From Chloroflexota bacterium (lineage in GTDB: Bacteria > Chloroflexota > UBA11872 > VXOZ01), in assembly GCA_963663275.1 (NCBI GenBank), contig OY760183.1, forward strand, positions 2,848,001 to 2,912,000: a DNA stretch of 64,000 nt, in the 5' to 3' direction. The position numbers and the translations under genes are program-made. Numbering within the stretch: the first letter of the stretch is position 1; each line of letters opens with the position of its first letter. A model generated the notes under the pieces. The model had not been told where the DNA came from and did not search any database. It saw only the letters and a program-made list of their open reading frames with translations. This document shows positions 1 through 9,829 of the stretch, piece by piece.

Positions 1-3
1 GAC

Positions 4-1581
4 GTGGTGTTCGAAGGCTGCACCGTGGTTGACGGTAGCGGAGGGCGGGGCTTCGTCTCCGACGTAGCCGTGCAGGACGGCGCGATCGCCGCCGTGGGCG
101 CGTTGGCGCACGCGGAGGCCCAGCGGCGCGTGCCCGCCGGCGGCAAGGTGCTCGCGCCGGGCTTCATCGACATGCACACCCACTCGGACCTGCCCTTGCT
201 CGTCAACCCGCGCGCCGAAAGCAAGATCCGGCAAGGCGTGACCACCGAAGTCATTGGCAACTGCGGGCTGGGTCCCGCGCCGCTTACCGCGCAGACCAGG
301 CCGGAAATCCGCGAAATGAGCACGTTCCTCGCCAAGGGCAGCGACGCGCTGGGCTGGGACTGGCTGACCTTCGGCGACTATCTCGGCGCCATCGAGCAGC
401 AGGGCGTGGCCCTGAACGTCGTGCCGCTCGTCGGCCACGTGCCGCTGCGCATGGCCGCCATGGGCAACGATCGCCGGCCGGCCGCGCCGGAAGAGATTGC
501 GGTGCAGCAACAGCATCTCCGCCAGTCGCTGGACGACGGCGCCTTTGGCATGTCCAGCGGCCTCATCTATCCGCCCAGTTCCTATGCGGACACGGAAGAG
601 CTTGTCAGCCTCGCCCACGTGTTGCGGGACTACGGCGCGCACTACTTCAGCCACATTCGCGGCGAGGGCGATACGCTCTTGCGCGCCGTGGCGGAAGCGA
701 TCGAGATTGGCGAACGCGCCGCCGTTTCCGTGGAGATCGCTCACCACAAGGCCACCGGCAAGAAGCACTGGGGCAAGGTGCGCGACGCCACCATGCAAAG
801 CGAACGCGCCCACGACCGCGGCGCGAACGTCCACTTCGACGTCTATCCCTACACGGCGGGCAGCGGCGGCCTGGACCAGGTGGTGCCCAATTGGGCCAAA
901 GAGGGCGGCACGGCGGCCATGCTGGCGCGCTTGAACGACCCCCAGACGTGCGCCCAACTGAAAGCGGAGGCGGCGGCGGGGTTCGGCACGTGGGAGAGTT
1001 TCTACCTGGTGTGGATCGACGATGATGCCTACAAACACTTCGAGGGGCAGGAGTTCACCGCCATCGGGGAGAGCCTGGAGATGGAACCCCTGGACGCCGC
1101 CTTCCATCTCATCATCGAGAGCGGAAACAAAGCCTCCATGCTGGCCTTCTCCATGAGCGAGGACGACGTTGAGTACATGCTGGCGCACCCGCTCGGCATG
1201 GTGGGTTCCGATGGGTCGAGCCTCGCCCCCTACGGCCCCCTGAGCCAGGGCGTGCCCCACCCGCGCAACTACGGCACATTCCCCCGCGTGCTGCAAGTCT
1301 ACGTCCGCGAGCGCAACGTGCTCACGCTGGAACAAGCGGTGCGCAAGATGACGGGCGCGTGCGCGGAGAAGCTGGGCCTGGCTGGAAAGGGCTTCGTCCA
1401 CAGCGGCCTGGACGCCGACCTCGTGCTCTTCGATCCGGAGACCGTAACGGAGAACGCCACGTTCGGGGATCCGCACCAGTACCCCACCGGCATCGATCTG
1501 GTCATGGTGAACGGCCAGATCGTGGTCGATAACGGCGAACACACCGGCAAACTGCCCGGCAAGGTGCTGCGCAGGAACTAG
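4..1581 (+). CDS. N-acyl-D-amino-acid deacylase (D-aminoacylase family amidohydrolase); probably 5'-truncated by the window edge
   Basis: APGFIDMHTHSD, GVTTEVIGNCG, HPRNYGTFPR and DADLVLFD motifs. Confidence 0.9.
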   Translation: MVFEGCTVVDGSGGRGFVSDVAVQDGAIAAVGALAHAEAQRRVPAGGKVLAPGFIDMHTHSDLPLLVNPRAESKIRQGVTTEVIGNCGLGPAPLTAQTRPEIREMSTFLAKGSDALGWDWLTFGDYLGAIEQQGVALNVVPLVGHVPLRMAAMGNDRRPAAPEEIAVQQQHLRQSLDDGAFGMSSGLIYPPSSYADTEELVSLAHVLRDYGAHYFSHIRGEGDTLLRAVAEAIEIGERAAVSVEIAHHKATGKKHWGKVRDATMQSERAHDRGANVHFDVYPYTAGSGGLDQVVPNWAKEGGTAAMLARLNDPQTCAQLKAEAAAGFGTWESFYLVWIDDDAYKHFEGQEFTAIGESLEMEPLDAAFHLIIESGNKASMLAFSMSEDDVEYMLAHPLGMVGSDGSSLAPYGPLSQGVPHPRNYGTFPRVLQVYVRERNVLTLEQAVRKMTGACAEKLGLAGKGFVHSGLDADLVLFDPETVTENATFGDPHQYPTGIDLVMVNGQIVVDNGEHTGKLPGKVLRRN

Positions 1582-1637
1582 CGAACGGCTCGCAGAGCGG
1601 CGGCGTGGATGCGGCCCTCAAGCGCCGCCGCATCCAC

Positions 1638-1916
1638 GTAGCGCGGGGGCTTGTCCCCCGCCTCTTCGCTCACGTGCCCTTGCCAACGTGTCCTAGCTTC
1701 TCGTTGCCTACCCGTTACCCGGGACAGTGTCTCCAAGGTCGTCGCACTAAAGGCGATGAGAATAGACTCTACGGTCGCGTCTCCGGTAGCGCAGGTTTGT
1801 AACCTGCGTCTCCCGTAGGGACAATTGTTTCCATTCTCACTTCATCTTGTGCCGGCGGGGGACAAGCCTCCGCGCTACGTTAACGCGACAGCATTGAGGA
1901 CAAGCCCCCGCGCTAC
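1638..1916. repeat. Cluster of GTAG-type REP-like palindromes (family A, GTAGCGCGGGGGCTTGTCCCCCGC)
   Basis: Copy on + at 1638-1662; inverted copies at 1854-1878 and 1898-1916; another at 61384-61407. A different GTAG hairpin (GTAGCGCAGGTTTGTAACCTGCG) lies at ~1786-1808. Confidence 0.75.
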
Positions 1917-2012
1917 GTTAAGACGACTGCCTTTGGCTTGGCCCCTCCCGCTTGGCACTACACGTTTACACCTTGGCATGCAACGCGCGTATGCGCGACG
2001 CGCCTTCACGGG

Positions 2013-2753
2013 TCACACCCCGTACGCGAGCCGCTCGATGAGGGATTCCGGCAGTTTTGCGTCGCGCATCTTCCGCTGGGTCGCCGCAACGTCATACGCC
2101 ACGCGGCGCAGGAGGAACTCGCGGCTGGCGGCGTCATAGACGGCAAAGGCGGCGCGCGGGTCCTGGTCGCGGGGTTGGCCGGCACTGCCAGGATTGATGA
2201 TCATCCGCAGCCTGCCGTCCAAGCGCAGCGGCTCATCCGGTTGCAAGACGACGCGGTAGACCTCCATCTCCGACGCATGTTCGGCGGCGATGAACGCGCA
2301 GGGCAGGTGGGTGTGCCCGACGAGGCAATAGCGCGTGGCAAAGTGGCCGAAATTCCTCCGCGCCTCGGCGGGCAGGAAGAGGTATTCTTGCGTCGGCGCG
2401 CGCGGGCTGCCGTGGCAAAGGGTAAATTCGCCTTGGCCGCGCGTTTCCGGCAGAGCGGAGAGGAAGTCTCGCGTTGCGGCAGTCAACCGCGCCGCCGTCC
2501 AACGCGCCGCGCCAGCGGCATGGGGATTGAAGCCGGCGGCGGCGCGCTTGCCGCAGGCAACCCAATCGTGATTGCCCGCCACGGCCGCGTGCGCATGGCG
2601 GCGGATCGCGTCCACGCACTCGTTCGGATTTGGGCCGTAGCCCACCAGATCACCCAGACACCAGATCTCATCGAACGGCGCCGCGGCCGCCAACACGGCT
2701 TCGAGCGCTTCGAGATTGGCGTGAACGTCGGCAATGATGAGATAGCGCGAAAC
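2013..2753 (-). CDS. Metallophosphoesterase (calcineurin-like); start uncertain
   Basis: In-frame ADVHAN (upstream of the ORF-track start at 2696), GDLVGYG, GNHD, HGSP, GHTH and NPGS motifs. Confidence 0.85.
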   Translation of the reverse strand, partial: VSRYLIIADVHANLEALEAVLAAAAPFDEIWCLGDLVGYGPNPNECVDAIRRHAHAAVAGNHDWVACGKRAAAGFNPHAAGAARWTAARLTAATRDFLSALPETRGQGEFTLCHGSPRAPTQEYLFLPAEARRNFGHFATRYCLVGHTHLPCAFIAAEHASEMEVYRVVLQPDEPLRLDGRLRMIINPGSAGQPRDQDPRAAFAVYDAASREFLLRRVAYDVAATQRKMRDAKLPESLIERLAYGV

Positions 2754-2799
2754 GACGTGCTCCCCAGGTGTTCAAGCCGCCCCCGGCACCGCCGCGGCC

Positions 2800-3093
2800 C
2801 TAGGAAAACGGTATGAAATCCAGTTCGCGGTCGATGATCTCCATCTCCAGCTTGAGGCCGGCAATGTGGTTCGTTACCTTGTCGAGCATCGCGTTGGCGT
2901 GGCGCGTACTCGTGCTCACGCAGGCGATGCCGATCACGCACGTTCCCCACACGTCCTGGTCGTCCACCTCGCCGATCGCCACGTTGAAGCGCGCCCGGGT
3001 GCGGTCGATGACGGCGCGCACGACGCGGCGTTTCTCTTTGAGCGAGTCGCTTGCGTAGAGTTGGAACGTTATCCGGCAGACGCCGACAATCAT
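2800..3093 (-). CDS. DUF503 / YlxP-like protein
   Basis: MIVG...SLKEKRRVV...RFNVAIGEVDDQD pattern. Confidence 0.85.
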   Translation of the reverse strand: MIVGVCRITFQLYASDSLKEKRRVVRAVIDRTRARFNVAIGEVDDQDVWGTCVIGIACVSTSTRHANAMLDKVTNHIAGLKLEMEIIDRELDFIPFS

Positions 3094-3163
3094 AGGATGG
3101 ACGAGACGAAACGACGCGCTCACGCGCCGGGCGCGGAGCGCCGGTTCAATGGATGAATAGGGG

Positions 3164-3237
3164 TCGGGGTGCCCGGATTTGAACCGGGGTCCTCATGGAC
3201 CCAAACCATGCGCGCTACCAGGCTGCGCCACACCCCG
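3164..3237 (-). tRNA. tRNA-Pro (TGG); CCA not encoded
   Basis: Reverse complement CGGGGTGTGGCGCAGCCTGGTAGCGCG-CATGG-TTTGGGT-CCATG-AGGAC-CCCGG-TTCAAAT-CCGGG-CACCCCG-A folds as a cloverleaf. Confidence 0.95.
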
Positions 3238-3300
3238 CGGGTGCTAATCTCGCACTCTCTTGGTGCAACAGACTACACGTGGGGGAATTCGCGGAACGCT

Positions 3301-3639
3301 CTACTCGAACTGGCCGGTGAACAGCGCCGACAGGAAGCCCAGTATCGTGACAATCCAGGCGGCCGCGATTGCCAGGTACGCGCCCACGTGCAACCGCAGG
3401 CGCAACTCAAATTCCCAAAAGTCCACTTTGGTCGCCTGCCTCAAAGCCTGAATGTCCGCTTTAGTCGCCTGCTCCAACGCACGCACATCGGCCTTCGTCG
3501 CCATGCCGGCAATGTCCTCCTTGGTCGCCAGCGCGCCGTAACCCTCGCTGCCAACGTCTATCAACGCCCGGGCCTGGAATTCCGAGAATCCTGCCGCCGT
3601 GAGCGACTGAAAAGCCCGGTAGGTATCGAATACTGCCAT
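3301..3639 (-). CDS. DUF1640/CCDC90-like small coiled-coil protein with C-terminal TM helix
   Basis: FDT...L.AAGFS..QA.AL...LATKEDI head; repeated ATKxD; hydrophobic C-terminus; GGGAG RBS. Confidence 0.7.
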   Translation of the reverse strand: MAVFDTYRAFQSLTAAGFSEFQARALIDVGSEGYGALATKEDIAGMATKADVRALEQATKADIQALRQATKVDFWEFELRLRLHVGAYLAIAAAWIVTILGFLSALFTGQFE

Positions 3640-3802
3640 CGTCCGCTCCCTCCACGCCCCCATTGTACGCAGGCGAAAAGCCGCCGGTCAACCATGACGG
3701 ATTCCCCATAGCGAAACTTGACGCTGCCTGCGTGGTTGCTCCAGCCTACCTCGCCATCAATCGGGCAACCGGCCGACGCTCACTCCGCTACGGCGAAACG
3801 AC

Positions 3803-3839
3803 AAAAAGAAGAGGCGCAGGCGGTACGCCTGCGCCTCTT
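3803..3839 (-). terminator. Intrinsic terminator of the solute-binding protein gene
   Basis: 14-bp perfect stem AAGAGGCGCAGGCG/CGCCTGCGCCTCTT followed by a T-run on the minus strand. Confidence 0.8.
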
Positions 3840-3856
3840 AGCAACAAGCAAAGAAA

Positions 3857-5257
3857 CTAGCCGCTCATTGCGCTATCGAGATGGGCTTGCTGAGTCTCCG
3901 CGAGGGTCTTCATTGCCTCTTCGGCAGTGATCGCCTCTTCGAGGACCTGCGTGGACGCCTCCATGAACGCACTGCGATAGTCACTCGCCGTCGCGATGGG
4001 CGGCCAGTAGGTCTCACCGTACTGAGCCAACTGCAGGAAGACGTCAACATACGGTACGATGCGGTTGTCCGCGCCGACCTTCTTGATATAGCCTTCCTTG
4101 AATTCGCCCAACTGGGCAATCACGCACGGGCCGTTGAGGGTCTCGTAGCCCATCTTGCCGGAGTTGTCGATGAACATCCACTTATCAAAAGCCCACGCCT
4201 CATCCGGATTTGCGGCGTTAACCGGGATGGCGTACATCCAGCCCTGCACCGAGTTGAAACGGATACCCGCTTCAGCGCCCTCGACCGTCGGCGGCAGGCC
4301 GATGCCATACGGCAGGCCGGGAGCATTGTCGTCGATACGCCTCTGGGCCCAGAAACCGGAAGCAAAGTACGCCAGGTTGCCCGTGTACCACGGGAAACCG
4401 GTCGCGCCATAGCCGCCGCGATCTTTGAAGAACTCATCGACGGCCACTTTACCGCCCTGCTTCTTGGTCAAGCTGACCAGCCAGTTGAGCGACTCGATAA
4501 TCGCGGGATCATCCGGCGTCACTTTACCGGCGTCGTAATCGAAGAACTCCCCACCAAAGAGGAATCCAAGACGCGTGCGGCCAAAGCTCCGGTAGTTCCA
4601 ACCCAAGTCGCTGATATTTTCACCACTGGTCTGATGGAACTTGAGCGAAATATCCTCTGTGTTCTGGAAATCAGTCAGCGGAACTTCCGGATCTTCACCG
4701 AACTTGACGTACATGTCCTTGTTCCAGAAGTAGACGATCCAGTCGGCGCCGCCCGGCACCGCGTAGAGTTGGCCGTTGAGGGAGCTATCGTCCCACATCG
4801 CCTTGGTAAACTCTTCGCGGGTGTGCCCCGCAGCCTTCATGTACTCATCCAGCGGGCGGATGAGTTCGTTGAACATGAACGGCCCCTGGAACACCCAGTT
4901 GGTGTAGTGCGTGTCCGGCGGCGTACCGGCGGCGATCGAGGCGATCAGCTTCGCTTCAATATCCTTGATGAACTGCCAGTCCAGCTTGATGCCGGTGTCG
5001 GCCTCGAAAGCCGGCCCGTACGCGCCCATGATAGTGGAGTACGGCTCGCCCCAGGCCGCGTTCCACGCCACCACCGTGACCTGTTCCTTCGGCTGCTCTT
5101 CCGCGGCAGGCTTGGCCTCTTCCTCAGGCGCCTCAGCCTCCCCTTCAGCGGCCGGCATCGCAGCCGCGCCGCACGCCGCCAGCACCACGGCGGCCGAGCC
5201 GCCCGCGGCCATAGCGAGGAAGCTGCGTCGTGTGACGTCAACATCTAGTTTCGGCAT
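3857..5257 (-). CDS. ABC transporter extracellular solute-binding lipoprotein (family 1, sugar-type), Tat-exported; no permease alongside
   Basis: TRRSFL twin-arginine motif, LAAC lipobox, AAGTPPD, NGQLYAVP, FWNKDMY. Confidence 0.85.
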   Translation of the reverse strand: MPKLDVDVTRRSFLAMAAGGSAAVVLAACGAAAMPAAEGEAEAPEEEAKPAAEEQPKEQVTVVAWNAAWGEPYSTIMGAYGPAFEADTGIKLDWQFIKDIEAKLIASIAAGTPPDTHYTNWVFQGPFMFNELIRPLDEYMKAAGHTREEFTKAMWDDSSLNGQLYAVPGGADWIVYFWNKDMYVKFGEDPEVPLTDFQNTEDISLKFHQTSGENISDLGWNYRSFGRTRLGFLFGGEFFDYDAGKVTPDDPAIIESLNWLVSLTKKQGGKVAVDEFFKDRGGYGATGFPWYTGNLAYFASGFWAQRRIDDNAPGLPYGIGLPPTVEGAEAGIRFNSVQGWMYAIPVNAANPDEAWAFDKWMFIDNSGKMGYETLNGPCVIAQLGEFKEGYIKKVGADNRIVPYVDVFLQLAQYGETYWPPIATASDYRSAFMEASTQVLEEAITAEEAMKTLAETQQAHLDSAMSG

Positions 5258-5345
5258 TAGGCTCTCTCCTTATCGAGATGCAATGCTCCTGAAACAACAC
5301 ACCAAGCCAAGCAGAGCCGTTGCAGTAACTGCTGGCCTGTGCGCT

Positions 5346-5375
5346 ATGTTAAGCCTTTGCCCCGAATTGTGTCAA
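5346..5375 (-). promoter_or_regulatory. Putative sigma70 promoter of the solute-binding protein gene
   Basis: TTGACA-18 bp-TAACAT on the minus strand. Confidence 0.55.
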
Positions 5376-5546
5376 ATCGCCTGGCCGACCGCAGACACTT
5401 CCCTCGGTTCCTGCGCAATCCCCTGCGCTCAAGACCCTCAACGGTGGAAAGCGGCCTGCGGACCAGCCATACAAATAGGAGATAGAGGGGCCTCCCGCAG
5501 GGGTCTACGGGCGCCGGGCGGCCGGCATAGGGCGCAGCCGTAGCCG

Positions 5547-5555
5547 TGCTATAAT
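5547..5555 (+). promoter_or_regulatory. Extended -10 promoter of ppdK
   Basis: TGcTATAAT about 110 bp upstream of the start. Confidence 0.55.
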
Positions 5556-5665
5556 GCCTTTGACTGTTGTTCCAGGCTGGACAACGCGGGCGGCGGGCAG
5601 CGCGCTTCACCGCTCGCGGGCACACCATGAGCGTCAATCACACCACAGGGAGGAATGCGCGAGCA

Positions 5666-8359
5666 ATGGCGAAAGAAGCGGTTGCGACTCAGGGAGCAGA
5701 GACCGGGCACAAATGGGTGTACCGCTTTGAAGAGGGCGACGCCACCATGCGCGACCTGCTGGGCGGCAAGGGCGCGAATTGCGCCGAGATGATGCGCGCC
5801 GGCCTGCCGGCCCCGCCGGGTTTCACCATCACCACGGCGGCCTGCAACGCCTTCTACGAGTCCGACGAGCAGTTTCCGATTGGCATGTGGGACCAGGCGC
5901 TGGCGGCCCTCGCCGATCTGGAAGCAAAGTCCGGCAAGCGGCTGGGGGACGCCGCTAGTCCGCTGCTGGTCTCGGTGCGTTCCGGCGCTAAGTTCAGCAT
6001 GCCCGGCATGATGGACACTATCCTCAATCTGGGCCTCAACGACGAGACGATCCAGGGCGTGATCGCGCAGACGGGCAACGAACGCTTTGCCTGGGATTCT
6101 TTCCGCCGCTTTGTGCAAATGTACGGCAACGTGGTGCTGGAGGTCGAGAAAGACCATTTCGAGCACGCCTTGGACGCCATCAAGGAAGAGGCGGGCATCG
6201 AGCAAGACGTAGACCTGACCGTCGCGCATCTCCAGGCCGCCGTGGGACGCTTCCAGGAGATTATCGCCCACGAGACCGACGCGGTCTTCCCCACTGAGCC
6301 TGTAGACCAACTGCGCGGCGCGATCGAGGCGGTCTTTGCCTCCTGGAACAACCGCCGCGCCATCGACTACCGCAACTTCCATAGGATTCCCCATTCTCTG
6401 GGCACCGCCGTGAACGTGCAGACGATGGTCTTCGGCAACATGGGCAGCGATTCCGGCACCGGCGTGGCCTTCACGCGCAATCCCTCCACCGGAGAACCGG
6501 CGCTCTTTGGCGAGTTCCTGGAAAACGCCCAGGGCGAGGACGTGGTGGCCGGCGTGCGCACGCCCCTGCCGATTGCCAAGCTGCAAGAAGTGTGGCCGGA
6601 CATCTATGAGGAGTTCGCGGCCATTGCCCAGCGGCTCGAGACCCACTACCGCGAGATGCAGGACATGGAGTTCACCATCGAACGCGGCACACTCTACATG
6701 CTCCAGACGCGCACGGGCAAGCGCACCGCCAGCGCCGCCGTGCGCATCGCGGTGGACATGTTCAACGAGGGCCTGATCAGCAAGGAAGAGGCGATTGCCC
6801 GGGTGGAGCCGGAGCAAATCGACCAACTCCTGCACCCGCGCATCGACCCGGAGGCCGAGGCGCAGGTCATCGCCAAGGGTCTCAACGCCTCGCCGGGGGC
6901 GGCGGTAGGCATGGCCTACTTCGACCCGGACGAGGCCGAGGCGGTGGCGCGCCAGGGCGCGAACGTGATTCTGGTGCGGCCTGAGACCAGCCCCGACGAC
7001 GTGCACGGCATGATTGCCTCCCAAGGCATCCTGACCGCCCGCGGCGGCGCCACGAGCCACGCGGCGGTAGTGGCGCGCGGCCTGGGCAAGCCCTGCGTCG
7101 CCGGCTGCGACGAAATTCGCATCGACATGGAACACGAACGCTTCACGGCCGGCGACGTGACCATTGAAAAGCGCGACTTCATCTCGCTCAACGGCAGCAC
7201 GGGCGAGGTGATCCTGGGAGAGGTGCCTCTAATCCAACCCGAAATCACGGCGGAGATGAGCGAGTTGCTCCGCTGGGCGGACGGCGTGCGCCGCCTGGAA
7301 GTCTGGGCCAATGCCGACTACCCCCGGGACGCCGCCCTGGCGCGCGAGTACGGCGCGCAAGGCATCGGCCTCTGCCGCACGGAGCACATGTTCTTCGAGG
7401 AAGAGCGGCTGCCCATCGTGCAGCAGATGATCCTGGCCAGCAGTTCCGGCGAGCGCCAGGCGGCCCTGGACAAACTCCTGCCCATCCAGCGCGACGACTT
7501 CAAGGGCATCTTGAGCGCCATGGACGGCTTGCCGGTGGTCATCCGCCTGCTCGACCCGCCGCTCCACGAGTTCTTGCCGGACTACGCCGAATTGTTGGAG
7601 GAAGTGGCCACGCTGCGCGCCACCGGCCAGGACCCGCAGCGGCTGGCGGAACGGCAGGGGCTCCTGGAGAGTGTCGCGTCGCTGCGGGAGGCGAATCCCA
7701 TGCTTGGCTTGCGCGGCTGCCGGCTGGGCCTGGAATACCCCGCCATCTACGAAATGCAGGTGCGCGCCATCCTGGAGGCGGCGCTGGCGGTGCAGGAAGA
7801 TGGCGGCAATCCCCATCCCGAAATCATGATCCCCCTCGTCAGCCACGCGAACGAACTGGGCGTGCTGCAAGAGCAACTCGAACGCACGGCGCAACAGGTG
7901 GCGGCGGAACGCGGGGCCGGCGTGGCCTACAAGTTCGGCACCATGATCGAGGTGCCCCGCGCTGCCCTCACTGCCGCGGAGATAGCGGAGCACGCCGAGT
8001 TTTTCAGCTTCGGCACCAACGACCTAACCCAGACCACCTACGGGTATTCCCGTGACGACGCCGAAGGCAAGTTCCTCCTGAACTACGTGGAGAACGCCAT
8101 TCTGCCGGAGAACCCGTTCCAGGTGCTCGACCGGGACGGCGTGGGCCGCCTGGTTTCGATCGCGGTGGCGGAAGGCAAGCGGACCCGCCCCGACCTGGAA
8201 GTCGGCATCTGCGGCGAGCACGGGGGCGACCCGGACTCGATCCACTTCTGCCACGGCGCGGGCTTGGACTACGTTTCGTGCTCGCCGTACCGGGTGCCGG
8301 TGGCGCGCCTCGCCGCGGCCCAGGTGACGCTGGCCGCGGCCGGGCCCCGTGATAGATAG
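5666..8359 (+). CDS. ppdK: Pyruvate, phosphate dikinase
   Basis: LLGGKGAN, PLLVSVRSGA, GGATSHAAVVAR (phospho-His), FFSFGTNDLTQ, GICGEHGG. Confidence 0.97.
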   Translation: MAKEAVATQGAETGHKWVYRFEEGDATMRDLLGGKGANCAEMMRAGLPAPPGFTITTAACNAFYESDEQFPIGMWDQALAALADLEAKSGKRLGDAASPLLVSVRSGAKFSMPGMMDTILNLGLNDETIQGVIAQTGNERFAWDSFRRFVQMYGNVVLEVEKDHFEHALDAIKEEAGIEQDVDLTVAHLQAAVGRFQEIIAHETDAVFPTEPVDQLRGAIEAVFASWNNRRAIDYRNFHRIPHSLGTAVNVQTMVFGNMGSDSGTGVAFTRNPSTGEPALFGEFLENAQGEDVVAGVRTPLPIAKLQEVWPDIYEEFAAIAQRLETHYREMQDMEFTIERGTLYMLQTRTGKRTASAAVRIAVDMFNEGLISKEEAIARVEPEQIDQLLHPRIDPEAEAQVIAKGLNASPGAAVGMAYFDPDEAEAVARQGANVILVRPETSPDDVHGMIASQGILTARGGATSHAAVVARGLGKPCVAGCDEIRIDMEHERFTAGDVTIEKRDFISLNGSTGEVILGEVPLIQPEITAEMSELLRWADGVRRLEVWANADYPRDAALAREYGAQGIGLCRTEHMFFEEERLPIVQQMILASSSGERQAALDKLLPIQRDDFKGILSAMDGLPVVIRLLDPPLHEFLPDYAELLEEVATLRATGQDPQRLAERQGLLESVASLREANPMLGLRGCRLGLEYPAIYEMQVRAILEAALAVQEDGGNPHPEIMIPLVSHANELGVLQEQLERTAQQVAAERGAGVAYKFGTMIEVPRAALTAAEIAEHAEFFSFGTNDLTQTTYGYSRDDAEGKFLLNYVENAILPENPFQVLDRDGVGRLVSIAVAEGKRTRPDLEVGICGEHGGDPDSIHFCHGAGLDYVSCSPYRVPVARLAAAQVTLAAAGPRDR

Positions 8360-8404
8360 CACGCTCGCGCGCGTCCACGCGCGGCATTCCCCTAGGAGGT
8401 CAAC

Positions 8405-9007
8405 GTGACATCGAGGACAGACGCGGATTCCGTCGCAGACGCGGACCCCGTTGCAGAGGCAGAACTCCTGCGGGCGCTGGAGGAGCAACCGGAGGAGTGG
8501 GGCCAGGTGCGCATCAGCGTGCCCCCGGACACCGGCAAGTTTCTCCACGTCCTGGTGCGCATGGCCAGACCGAAGCGCATTCTGGAAATCGGCATGTTTC
8601 ACGGGTACTCGACGCTCTGGATCGGGCTGGCCGCCCGGTCGGTCGGCGCGCGCATCACCACCCTGGAACTGGAAGCCGAGAAGGTTGCCGTGGCGCAAGC
8701 TAACTTTGCCAAGGCCGGTTTGGCGGACATCATTACCGTCATCCAAGGCGACGGCAAGCAGACGTTGGCTGGGCTGCCCGGCCCATACGACCTGGTCTTT
8801 CTCGACGCGGCCAAGGAAGATTACGCGGCCTACTTCGATCTCATCTACCCGCGGTTGGCGCCCGGCGGCGTCATCGTAGCCGATAACGCGGTCTCCCACG
8901 GGGAGTACATGGCGGACTACTTCGACAAGGCGCGCAACCACTCCAACTGCGTGAGCGTGCTAGTCCCGGTCGGCACCGGCGAAGAGGTGACCTACAAGAA
9001 GGGTTGA
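8405..9007 (+). CDS. SAM-dependent O-methyltransferase (Methyltransf_3 type)
   Basis: ILEIGMFHGYS, DLVFLDAAK, GGVIVADN. Confidence 0.88.
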   Translation: MTSRTDADSVADADPVAEAELLRALEEQPEEWGQVRISVPPDTGKFLHVLVRMARPKRILEIGMFHGYSTLWIGLAARSVGARITTLELEAEKVAVAQANFAKAGLADIITVIQGDGKQTLAGLPGPYDLVFLDAAKEDYAAYFDLIYPRLAPGGVIVADNAVSHGEYMADYFDKARNHSNCVSVLVPVGTGEEVTYKKG

Positions 9008-9010
9008 GCG

Positions 9011-9682
9011 GTGGGCGGGCGTGACGAATCGGAGAAATCCCTCACACTGCGGCGGATGCGCCTGGCATCCTCGTTGCGGCGCAAGGGAGTCAGCGACCCG
9101 CGCGTGCTCAACGCCATCGGCGAAGTCCCGCGCGAGCAGTTCGTAGACCAGGGGCTGCGCGACGAGGCCTACCGCGACAGCCCGTTGCCCATTGGCAAAG
9201 GCCAGACGATTTCGCAGCCCTACGTGGTGGCGCTCATGACCGAGGCGCTTGCCTTGACCGGCGCTGAGCGCGTGCTCGAAGTCGGCACCGGCTCAGGCTA
9301 CCAGACGGCAATCCTGTGCGCCCTGGCGCAATTCGTGGTGTCGATTGAACGTTTCGCCGGTCTCGCCCAGGCGGCGCGGGACCGCCTGCGCGCCCTGGGA
9401 CATGGAAACTTTGCCGTGCACGTCGCCGACGGCACCCAGGGATGGCCGGACGAAGCGCCCTACGACGCCATCGTCGTGGCGGCGGCGGCGCCCCGGCTGC
9501 CGGAGCCGCTTCTCGCCCAGCTTGCGGCGGGCGGGCGTTGCGTGATCCCCGTGGGCGATCGGCACAGCCAGGCGCTCCTCTGCGTTGAGCACCACGGCGA
9601 ACGGGCGCCGCAACGCAATCTGGGGTGCGTGCGCTTCGTGCCGCTGGTGGGCGCGCACGGCTGGTCGGACGAAGGGGAGTAG
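9011..9682 (+). CDS. pcm: Protein-L-isoaspartate O-methyltransferase
   Basis: GQTISQPY, VLEVGTGSGYQTA, APYDAI, RFVPL. Confidence 0.95.
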   Translation: MGGRDESEKSLTLRRMRLASSLRRKGVSDPRVLNAIGEVPREQFVDQGLRDEAYRDSPLPIGKGQTISQPYVVALMTEALALTGAERVLEVGTGSGYQTAILCALAQFVVSIERFAGLAQAARDRLRALGHGNFAVHVADGTQGWPDEAPYDAIVVAAAAPRLPEPLLAQLAAGGRCVIPVGDRHSQALLCVEHHGERAPQRNLGCVRFVPLVGAHGWSDEGE

Positions 9683-9829
9683 GGCCGTTCCGCACATGAT
9701 GAGGATGCATTAATGGCGGATGCGTTAGTATAGGACGTACGGACGGGACCCGTTCGCATTGAGTCCGCAAGTCTGCGGGCGCCTGACGGCAGCGACGGTA
9801 GGCCCGCCCAGCACTCATCGAACAAGAGG

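Noticed and set aside
5549-7135. Long antisense ORFs (also 3881-5248, 11587-13662, 12807-14096, 23005-24387, 35858-37213, 61404-63452)
   Set aside because: Shadow frames opposite well-supported genes, expected at high GC3
9740-9820. Hairpins in the xerD leader
   Set aside because: Short GC-rich stems with no recognisable motif; cannot be told from chance
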